Origin: Ichthyobacteriaceae bacterium
GTDB taxonomy: Bacteria > Bacteroidota > Bacteroidia > Flavobacteriales > JADGDT01
DNA length: 61,870 nt
Direction: 5' to 3'
Assembly: GCA_016744755.1 (NCBI GenBank)
Contig: JADGDT010000003.1
Coordinates: forward strand, 16,548-78,417
Shown here: piece after piece, positions 50,120 through 57,745 of the stretch
Numbering within the stretch: the stretch's first letter is position 1
Layout: each line of letters begins with the position of its first letter
Notes under the pieces: model-generated
Database searches by the model: none
Told to the model about the DNA's origin: nothing
Seen by the model: the letters and a program-made list of their open reading frames with translations, nothing else
Made by a program: the position numbers and the translations under genes

Positions 50120-52241
50120 GATGCTCATCATAAACATAATAATCTTCAAATTCAATTAGCTTCTTTTCTTCTAGCTTATAAATTTTATCGGCATATTTTT
50201 CGGGTAGATTACTTCTATGTGTAATGAATATTACTATTCCATTCTCTTTAAACTTTAATAGTTTTTGCAATACTACATGCTCTGTAAAATAATCCATTGC
50301 TGATGTTCCTTCATCTATTATTAATAAATCTGGCTTTTGGAATAATGCTCTTGCTAAAGCAATCATTTGTTTTTGTCCTCCTGAAAGATTTATTCCATTT
50401 TCGCCTATCAATGTCATGTAGCCCTGAGGTAAGGAATCTATAAAAGAAGCAAATCCGTTTTCATTTAAGAAAGTAAGTGCTTCTTTCAATGTTTCTTCAT
50501 TATTATCCATAGCTATATTGAATAATACTGAACCACTAAGGATAGGGATTTCTTGTGGTATTACTGCAAGTTTATTCCGCCAGTTATTTAGTTTAAGATC
50601 CTTTAATTCAATTTTATTATTGATAAGTACTTTTCCTGATTCTTGTAAATAATATCTTTGCATAATCTGAGCTAAAGTACTTTTACCACTACCACTTTCG
50701 CCCATAATAAATACCATTTTACCTAAACTAGCTTCCAAATTTACCTTATCTAGCAATAGCTTTTTGCCTGGAAACCTAAACGATAGATTATCTATTTTTA
50801 TTGATGATATTTTTTCTTCTATTTTTTGTCCATCTTCTTTTTCGGCATCTATATCTACAAACTCAAACATTCTATAGAAAGCTACTTTTGCTTCGTTTAC
50901 TACTATACTTACTAATGCTAGATTAGTAATTGATGGCAGCATAGATGATGCTATACCAATTATAGCCATCATTTCGCCAGTTTGTAGTCTATCGTTGAAA
51001 ACCTCGTAACTATTATATCCCAATATTATCATTAAAAATAATGCTGATAATACTCCTGAGTTTACAATTAATTTTACATTTATCTTACCAAGGTTGAATA
51101 CTGAATTTTGATATTGAGAATAAATTTTAGAATTAGTTTCTGAAAAAAGCTTTTGTTTATCTGAATTTTTAATCTCCGAAATGGCTTGTATATTATCTAT
51201 ATAATTACTCTCAGAGTGGGCATAGTTTGTCATTACTTCTTTTTGCCCCTCTATTACAGGTTTATTATATCTGTATAATACAATAAATACAAGTGGAATT
51301 ATAGCGGAAGTTATTAAGCCTGTTTCTACCGAATACGAGAATAATACTATTAAAGATATTATACTTATTAGAATATCAATTATCATATTTCCTGCCAATT
51401 GCGAAATTACACTCTGAATACGTGCAGTATCATTTAGCCTAGAAATTAATTCTCCTATTCTACGAGTATCAAAAAATACTTTTGGTAATGACAGTAATTT
51501 GCCATAGAATTTATTAATTATTCTGATATTGAAGTTTTTACTTTGCTCTATGAGTATTCGTTGGCGTAAACCTACAAATAATGCTCGTACAACAAGTAAA
51601 AAACCTACAAGTGAAGTACCTACTATAAAACGTGTAAATTCTTTTTGTGGCAAAATTTCATCTATTAATTTTTCGGAATACAAAGCCATTACCATATTAA
51701 GCCCAGCTAATATTACACCAAAAACCAAACTTATTGTTAGCAAGGGATAATCATCTTTTAATAAAGAGAGCAAATATTTTTTCTTTCTATTTTTTGCATT
51801 CTCTCTCTTTACAAAATCGTTATTTGGAGATAAAGTAAGTAAGCTTTTTGACTGCCATATTCCCTCTAACTCTTCCTCATTGTAATACACTATTCCCTTA
51901 GCAGGATTGCCAACAGTAAACCTGTTGTTTTCGTATTTGTAAACAACTAAGTAATGTTGCAGTCTGCCATCAATTAACACATGTATTATTACAGGCTCTT
52001 TTTGTTCTTTAAGATGTTTTATTTCTGCTTTAAAACCATCTATTTGCAACCCACATTTTACACCTGATTGTACTAAGCCAAGCATGGTAGTGCCTTCTTT
52101 AGTTGTACCACTTATATTACGTAATTGATCTAAAGAGTAATCACCCTCGTGGTATTTAATAATAGAAAGCAAGCACGCTACACCACAATCAGACTGGTCT
52201 TGTTGGAGAGTGAAGGTTGATTTTGGATTTTGTTTTTTCAT
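50076..52241 (-). CDS. Peptidase-containing ABC transporter (C39 PCAT)
   Basis: QQDQSDCGVACL (catalytic Cys), QHYLV, TM domain, GESGSGKST, LSGGQKQ, IIDEGTS. Confidence 0.96.
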   Translation of the reverse strand: MKKQNPKSTFTLQQDQSDCGVACLLSIIKYHEGDYSLDQLRNISGTTKEGTTMLGLVQSGVKCGLQIDGFKAEIKHLKEQKEPVIIHVLIDGRLQHYLVVYKYENNRFTVGNPAKGIVYYNEEELEGIWQSKSLLTLSPNNDFVKRENAKNRKKKYLLSLLKDDYPLLTISLVFGVILAGLNMVMALYSEKLIDEILPQKEFTRFIVGTSLVGFLLVVRALFVGLRQRILIEQSKNFNIRIINKFYGKLLSLPKVFFDTRRIGELISRLNDTARIQSVISQLAGNMIIDILISIISLIVLFSYSVETGLITSAIIPLVFIVLYRYNKPVIEGQKEVMTNYAHSESNYIDNIQAISEIKNSDKQKLFSETNSKIYSQYQNSVFNLGKINVKLIVNSGVLSALFLMIILGYNSYEVFNDRLQTGEMMAIIGIASSMLPSITNLALVSIVVNEAKVAFYRMFEFVDIDAEKEDGQKIEEKISSIKIDNLSFRFPGKKLLLDKVNLEASLGKMVFIMGESGSGKSTLAQIMQRYYLQESGKVLINNKIELKDLKLNNWRNKLAVIPQEIPILSGSVLFNIAMDNNEETLKEALTFLNENGFASFIDSLPQGYMTLIGENGINLSGGQKQMIALARALFQKPDLLIIDEGTSAMDYFTEHVVLQKLLKFKENGIVIFITHRSNLPEKYADKIYKLEEKKLIEFEDYYVYDEHQKKAFQKSKLAINH

Positions 52242-52277
52242 TTGAGATTAAAAAAAAGTATAATATTCTTTGATGAC

Positions 52278-53597
52278 TTAATTGAATAATTTTAGATACA
52301 TTCTTTCCTTTCGTATAGGACTTGGTCTATAATAAATAAATATACCAATGGAAATTATATACAACAAAATATATCCTAAATAATATATTTTTCCTAAAAT
52401 AGGAAGTGTTAATACCAAAGAGACTAATACAGTACTAAGTGATGATACAATTGATACATTATTTTTTATTCCAAATGGTCTATTTACATGTGATGGGAGT
52501 ACTAAAGACCATACAACACTTAAAGGTGTTAAGATAATAGTTGATGATATATATGATATTATTAAAAACCAAAAATTATTATCCAAATAGATTAAAAACA
52601 CTAATGATATTATAAAATCTAAAATTAAAGGGAAACCAACAAGTCTTAGGTGCGTATTTTTCAACTCCCTCATCTTATAATCCATAAATGAAATATTATA
52701 CCATACTTCTCGTAAATATCCCCATAAATTGTTAAAAACAGAATTATATAACATAACAGGTGTAGAAACTGCAACTATAATAAATAATGGAAAAAATGAA
52801 GTTTCAGTATCTAAACTTCTACTTTCTAAATTATAAAAATATACAAGAGCTATTGTTTTAAAAAGCAATGATGTGAATAGAGCAACATAAAGATTTCGTT
52901 TAGATAAAAGTAGTTTTAAGAATAAATATTTGTTGCTAATATAACTTATCGCATTTACACCAACTTTAAAACTAGATTTAGTAAATAAATAAAAAGAAAT
53001 TAGATAAAATATTATTGTGAAAGTAATTGAACTAAAAGTAGTGTTATTGTAATATATGGTAAGCAAATATATTGCAATTGAAATAATTAGCAATCCCATT
53101 TGAAATATATTTAATTTTTTTTTATACCATATAGAATACATAATTATTATAAAATTTGATGTAATAACATATGAAATAAACTTCAATGCATCAATTGCAG
53201 AGATACTCTCTGAAGTTGTAATCAGTATCATTATAAATATATAACTCGCTATTGTAAAATTATCCAAAAAATGAATAATAATAGTTATATTAAATTTTGA
53301 CAAATTAGATACAGGCAAAGAATTATTAAATATTCTTAATTCCGTTTTTTTATTAGTGATGAATGATTCAACAATAGTTAAACTAAATAAGCCTAAACCT
53401 ATCCAATTGATAAAATTAACCTGATCGTACCAATTGAATTTGGCTAAAGCCTCACTATCTATTATTCTGGATATTACAAAAGCGTAAACTGAAGCAGTAA
53501 GCGTATATAGAAAAAGACTAATAATATTAAATTTGCTGTTTGTAAAATTATATTTAGTTTTGAAATACATCTTTACAAGATATATACCTAACTCCAT
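52278..53597 (-). CDS. Hypothetical polytopic membrane protein (candidate immunity permease)
   Basis: About 12 hydrophobic segments, very AT-rich, overlaps the ABC ATPase gene. Confidence 0.75.
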   Translation of the reverse strand: MELGIYLVKMYFKTKYNFTNSKFNIISLFLYTLTASVYAFVISRIIDSEALAKFNWYDQVNFINWIGLGLFSLTIVESFITNKKTELRIFNNSLPVSNLSKFNITIIIHFLDNFTIASYIFIMILITTSESISAIDALKFISYVITSNFIIIMYSIWYKKKLNIFQMGLLIISIAIYLLTIYYNNTTFSSITFTIIFYLISFYLFTKSSFKVGVNAISYISNKYLFLKLLLSKRNLYVALFTSLLFKTIALVYFYNLESRSLDTETSFFPLFIIVAVSTPVMLYNSVFNNLWGYLREVWYNISFMDYKMRELKNTHLRLVGFPLILDFIISLVFLIYLDNNFWFLIISYISSTIILTPLSVVWSLVLPSHVNRPFGIKNNVSIVSSLSTVLVSLVLTLPILGKIYYLGYILLYIISIGIFIYYRPSPIRKERMYLKLFN

Positions 53598-54358
53598 ATC
53601 GAAGATTTTTCGTTTAATTCTAATTCTGTATTAGAAATCCCATTATCTACATGTGTACTTAATAACTCATCTAAATTATAATTAGATGATTCCTTAATAT
53701 CTATAATAGAACTATCCAATACAACTTTCCCATCGTCTAGTATTATTAAGTGATTAATTATTTTTTCGATGTGATTGAGATTATGTGATGATATTAATAT
53801 AGTGCGTTTTTTATTTTCGCCATATTTATTTATAAAACTTATTAGTTGCTTAGATGCTATTGGGTCTAAGCCAGAGAATGGTTCATCTAAAATTAGAAAA
53901 CTTGGCTTATGTATTATGCAAGAACACAATTCTAACTTCTTTCTATTTCCAGTAGATAAATCCTTTACTAAGGTATCTGTATTCTGCTCCTTGAAAAACA
54001 AATCTAATAATTCATTAATTCGTTGTCTCGCATCTTCCTTAGATACTTTAAAAAGCTTAGATGAATACTCTAGGTATTCTTTCACCGAAAACATTTCAAA
54101 AAGACTATTAACACTAGAAAGGTACCCCATTTCTAATTTTATACTTTGAGGTAAATCAATTATATATGTTTCACCGTTATAAAGGATTCCTCCTCTTGTA
54201 GGAGTTATATACTTGGTAATAGAATTAAAAAGTGTAGTTTTTCCTGCACCATTTTTTCCGATAACTCCGTATGTTCCTGAATCAAATATTAAGTTCACAT
54301 TCTTTAGAACCGAGTTCCCTGAGTATATTTTTGTAATATTATCTAGTATTATTCTCAT
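53588..54358 (-). CDS. ABC ATPase (candidate immunity transporter)
   Basis: GKNGAGKTT, LSTGNRKK, ILDEPFSGLDP, SSH. Confidence 0.92.
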   Translation of the reverse strand: MRIILDNITKIYSGNSVLKNVNLIFDSGTYGVIGKNGAGKTTLFNSITKYITPTRGGILYNGETYIIDLPQSIKLEMGYLSSVNSLFEMFSVKEYLEYSSKLFKVSKEDARQRINELLDLFFKEQNTDTLVKDLSTGNRKKLELCSCIIHKPSFLILDEPFSGLDPIASKQLISFINKYGENKKRTILISSHNLNHIEKIINHLIILDDGKVVLDSSIIDIKESSNYNLDELLSTHVDNGISNTELELNEKSSIWS

Positions 54359-54405
54359 GTTTTTTTATTAAGAGAGGAGTACTACTCCCCTCATGAGTAG
54401 TGATT

Positions 54406-54576
54406 TTATAAATTATAAATAGTATAAGCCACACATCCAACTGCCGCTACATTAGCAACAACATTAGCTCCACCTCCCATTAATGCGAATAAACCTGCTC
54501 CTGCACAAAATCCATCCCAAAAGGCTTTCGTTCCACCTTCTATAGACTCTAACTGAATATTATTTAATTTTTCCAT
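54406..54576 (-). CDS. Double-glycine precursor peptide A (56 aa; not in ORF track)
   Basis: MEKLNNIQLESIEGG|TKAFWDGFCAGAGLFALMGGGANVVANVAAVGCVAYTIYNL. Confidence 0.88.
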   Translation of the reverse strand: MEKLNNIQLESIEGGTKAFWDGFCAGAGLFALMGGGANVVANVAAVGCVAYTIYNL

Positions 54577-54583
54577 AACTATA

Positions 54584-54739
54584 TTATCTTGTATCTCCTG
54601 TTAAACATAATACCGCTGCTGCACCAAAAGACCATGGTCCAGGAAAAAAAACGGCTGCTGCAATACCTAGTCCACATGCAGTCTCTTGGTTAATACCTCC
54701 CTGAACAAGCTCCATCTGTTCAATAGTTAATTTTTCCAT
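54584..54739 (-). CDS. Double-glycine precursor peptide B (51 aa; not in ORF track)
   Basis: MEKLTIEQMELVQGG|INQETACGLGIAAAVFFPGPWSFGAAAVLCLTGDTR. Confidence 0.88.
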   Translation of the reverse strand: MEKLTIEQMELVQGGINQETACGLGIAAAVFFPGPWSFGAAAVLCLTGDTR

Positions 54740-54853
54740 AATATTTAAAAATTAAAATTTAGTTTCCTACTCTGTTTAAGGTTTCAAGTTAAATCTTGAT
54801 TTCACCAGGCTTTTTTTTTGATTATGCCTATTATTACAACAATATCTTTATCT
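54740..54853 (-). repeat. Leader copy 2
   Basis: Near-identical to 55524-55635 except for a decayed palindrome/hairpin part. Confidence 0.85.
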
Positions 54854-54932
54854 GCTTATTTACCAATAACGAAACAAGTGATATTTATAATTCGAGATAT
54901 AAATAAATAGCATATTTTTTTTTATTAGAATA

Positions 54933-55097
54933 TTACCTCGTGATTTTTCTTCTTTCTAAATAAAACTTAAACAAGATATTAATGATTAATAATAAATAAT
55001 TAGCCTTTATTAAATATTTAGGCATCTCAATATCAAAAAAGATTAATAAAAATATTACTAAGTTTAATAGAACAGATATTTTCCAGATTGTCCTCAT
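54933..55097 (-). CDS. 54-aa two-TM protein, candidate immunity protein (not in ORF track)
   Basis: MRTIWKISVLLNLVIFLLIFFDIEMPKYLIKANYLLLIINILFKFYLERRKITR. Confidence 0.6.
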   Translation of the reverse strand: MRTIWKISVLLNLVIFLLIFFDIEMPKYLIKANYLLLIINILFKFYLERRKITR

Positions 55098-55138
55098 AAT
55101 TAAGATAATAATTAAAATTTGTAAATGTATTTAAAAAC

Positions 55139-55166
55139 TGCCCACCTACTATCAGTTGGTGGGGCA
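55139..55166 (-). terminator. Hairpin after peptide C
   Basis: tgcccacctact...agttggtggggca. Confidence 0.55.
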
Positions 55167-55178
55167 ATAATATAAGAT

Positions 55179-55346
55179 TTAAGCAAGGAAGCATGCTCCT
55201 GCAACCCCTAAACCAACCCATCCTCCAGGATTCCAACTATTTGCAAGACTTAATACTGCTAATCCAACACCGAATCCAGCACAAAAATCACCAAAATCAC
55301 TTCCTCCTTCTAAATTTTCTAATTCGTCAAAATTTAACTCTTTCAT
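55179..55346 (-). CDS. Double-glycine precursor peptide C (55 aa; not in ORF track)
   Basis: MKELNFDELENLEGG|SDFGDFCAGFGVGLAVLSLANSWNPGGWVGLGVAGACFLA. Confidence 0.88.
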   Translation of the reverse strand: MKELNFDELENLEGGSDFGDFCAGFGVGLAVLSLANSWNPGGWVGLGVAGACFLA

Positions 55347-55364
55347 TTTTTTTATTTAAAATTA

Positions 55365-55523
55365 TTAACAAGCAAAATAACCATATAATGCTCCTCCTAT
55401 TATAAGCGCTGCACCAGCAGGGGTAAATGCCATAATCATTCCTGCTGTCATTAGACCAGCAGCCTTATGTACACAAGCTCCACCATCAATACCTTCCATC
55501 TGTTCAATAGTTAATTTTTCCAT
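55365..55523 (-). CDS. Double-glycine precursor peptide D (52 aa; not in ORF track)
   Basis: MEKLTIEQMEGIDGG|ACVHKAAGLMTAGMIMAFTPAGAALIIGGALYGYFAC. Confidence 0.88.
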   Translation of the reverse strand: MEKLTIEQMEGIDGGACVHKAAGLMTAGMIMAFTPAGAALIIGGALYGYFAC

Positions 55524-55635
55524 AATATTTAAAAATTAAAATTTAGTTTCCTACTCTGTTTAAGGTTTCAAGTTAAATCTTGATTTCACCAAGGCTTTTC
55601 GGATTCTGCCTATTGTTGCAACAATATCTTTATCT
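55524..55635 (-). repeat. Leader copy 1
   Basis: Palindrome at 55611-55626, ggcagaatccgaaaagcc hairpin, inserted ggtgaaatcaag...cttgaaacc stem, gagtaggaaact. Confidence 0.85.
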
Positions 55636-55642
55636 ACTTTTG

Positions 55643-56155
55643 TTAATCAACCAAAGCAGTTATCTTTTCTATTTTACTTAATCCTTTCAGTACTTTTAAC
55701 AACTCTCCTTTTTTGTTATACACAAATAAAGTAGGCACATGTTTTACTTTAAAAGTATTGTCTATTTCGTAATTTTTATCTAGTAATACTTTGTAAGCAG
55801 GATAATTCTCAATTTTATATTCATCGAAGTGTTTTTTTACTTTTTCCTGTTTTTCGGCGCTTACAAAATATACGTTGAACTTTTCTGATACTTTTTTGTA
55901 ATGTTTCTTAAACAAACCAAGTTCTGCATTACAAAACATACAATCAGTATTTACAAACGAAATAATTAAGCTTTTGTCTTTTGGCATTTGCAACTCTAAA
56001 GAATCACCATTTAATGTTTCGAAACTTAATTTTGGTAAAATCTGAATTTCAGCATGTTCATTATTCTTATTATTTAACATGTAAGCGGAAGCTACTATAA
56101 GCCCACCAAGTATTATTAAAACAACAGCTAATAATATTTTCTTACTCTTTTTCAT
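55643..56155 (-). CDS. TlpA-like thioredoxin-fold protein
   Basis: N-terminal TM; NTDCMFC (CxxC); cis-Pro loop VPTLFVY. Confidence 0.88.
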   Translation of the reverse strand: MKKSKKILLAVVLIILGGLIVASAYMLNNKNNEHAEIQILPKLSFETLNGDSLELQMPKDKSLIISFVNTDCMFCNAELGLFKKHYKKVSEKFNVYFVSAEKQEKVKKHFDEYKIENYPAYKVLLDKNYEIDNTFKVKHVPTLFVYNKKGELLKVLKGLSKIEKITALVD

Positions 56156-56181
56156 TACTAATTAATAATTTCAAATTGAAC

Positions 56182-56235
56182 ATTGCTAATTGATAATTGC
56201 TAATTGACAATTGACAATTGACAATTGACAATTGA
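56182..56235. repeat. Heptamer tandem repeat (ATTGCTA/ATTGATA/ATTGACA) x about 8
   Basis: Read directly; same family as 39830-39892 in the opposite orientation. Confidence 0.85.
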
Positions 56236-56237
56236 GT

Positions 56238-56901
56238 TTAACTGTACATTATTGATATAAACGTAACAAACACCACCCAAATAATAAATGCGGGCAAGTA
56301 AGATAGCATCACGTTATTGAATGATTTATCAAAATCTATATCTGCAACTTTTGATATTATCCAAGCTAATACAAACCAATATACAAGCTCAAATAGATTG
56401 GAACTTTGCAAAAGGTAGTAGAGATAACTGTTTACCTCATCGGCTTCGAACAACTGTGTAAGCGATAGTGGGAAGAAATAATTAATATCTTGTAAACTAT
56501 ACGAACTCTGAAAATAGAAGTATGCCATTTTTGAGGCATTTGCTATCCAAAATACTATATCGGCAAATATTACTGATTTTATAATATTTGAAAAAGAAAA
56601 TTCTCTCTCATCGAACACTAAATAAATACCACCATAAAGAATACTTCCTATAGTAATGTATTTTAGTATTAAAATGATAGGTGTAATTGCATAACCTATC
56701 CAGCTCCACTCTTTATTAAAATCAATCATTTTTTCTATTTGCGAAAACGATAAACCTTCGTAGGCATCGTAAAGCAAATTATCGTTAATGATAACATTGC
56801 TAGAAAAAAAGATTAATAACAGAGTTAGACCAGTAATTAGTAGATAGGCTTCCCATAATTTGAATGTATTTTATCCAATGGGTGGGAGTTGTAGTATTCA
56901 T
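56238..56901 (-). CDS. Yip1-like membrane protein, apparent +1 frameshift near 56870
   Basis: ORF track starts at TTG 56777; the frame extends upstream through a TM helix (LWEAYLLITGLTLLLIFF) to a stop, and ATG 56901 is one base out of frame; motifs FPLSL, NLFELVYW. Confidence 0.65.
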
Positions 56902-56927
56902 TTTAGGTGTTTTAGTTTTTATCTACA

Positions 56928-56995
56928 CAAATGTAAACATCAAAAAATAAAACAAGGTACGGTTTAACCGTACTTGAAGTTCGGTTAAACCGAAC
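56928..56995 (-). promoter_or_regulatory. Promoter of the peptide operon: -7 element plus two palindromic boxes
   Basis: TACATTTG (56928-56935); GTACGGTTTAACCGTAC (56957-56973) and GTTCGGTTAAACCGAAC (56979-56995). Confidence 0.75.
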
Positions 56996-57076
56996 ACCTA
57001 AAAAACATACTTTACTGAAAACTAAATGTTTAACTTTTTACGATATTTTTAAACACTACTTTTAGAAGAATATTAC

Positions 57077-57745
57077 TTACAGAAAGCCTCTTTTTTTTGC
57101 TTCTTCAATTAAACCTATATCTGATTTTTGTTCTACGCCAAAGAGTATTTTAATTTTTCGTTTGCGTTTTTCTATTGCTCTTTGTGTTAGTCCAATATCT
57201 TCATTAAAATATAAGTTTTTGGTAAGGTCTCCTTTGTTTAAACGATCTAATATAAGTGTATCGGTCTTGTCTAATAAGATATTCGAATTTATTTTAGACC
57301 TAATTTTTTCTTTAATAGATGGGCTAAAACAAGGTGGATTATTTATTATTTCTGATATTGACTCTTTTAATACTTTAGGACTTATTTCACTTTTTATAAG
57401 TATCCCATCGGGATTTATATCTTTTATAATTGACTCCATTAGTAGCTGATCTTTTATCATTGTTAAAAAAGCTAGCTTAGGGTGTTTTGTAGCTTGCTTA
57501 ACTCTACTGGCTAAATCAACTCCATTAATCAATCCGTGCTTTTCAGAATCATCCATATTTATATCAAAAAATATAATATCAAATTTATCTAAATCGTTTT
57601 CGTTTACTATGTAGTCGTAAGCATCATCTAGAGTAGTTTTGGAATGTACGTTTACTTTGTAATTTTCGCAATTTTGTAGCGTCAACGTATATCCTTCCAG
57701 TATCATTGGATGGTCGTCTATAAACAATATTTCAAGTGTTTGCAT
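57077..57745 (-). CDS. NarL/LuxR-type response regulator
   Basis: IDDHPMILEG, FFDINM, GILIK; C-terminal HTH (RAIEKRKRKIK..F, AKKRGFL). Confidence 0.9.
   Translation of the reverse strand: MQTLEILFIDDHPMILEGYTLTLQNCENYKVNVHSKTTLDDAYDYIVNENDLDKFDIIFFDINMDDSEKHGLINGVDLASRVKQATKHPKLAFLTMIKDQLLMESIIKDINPDGILIKSEISPKVLKESISEIINNPPCFSPSIKEKIRSKINSNILLDKTDTLILDRLNKGDLTKNLYFNEDIGLTQRAIEKRKRKIKILFGVEQKSDIGLIEEAKKRGFL

Noticed and set aside
55033..55405. ORF-track entries 55033..55236 (-) and 55193..55405 (+)
   Set aside because: Off-frame or antisense shadows of precursors C/D and the 54-aa membrane ORF
49820..55523. Lanthipeptide, sactipeptide or other modified RiPP
   Set aside because: No LanB/C/M, radical SAM or YcaO enzyme in the window; a disulfide is the simpler reading
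47732..55635. Classical integron with attC sites
   Set aside because: No tyrosine recombinase in the window and repeats lack clear RYYYAAC/GTTRRRY ends; only the cassette-like logic is retained
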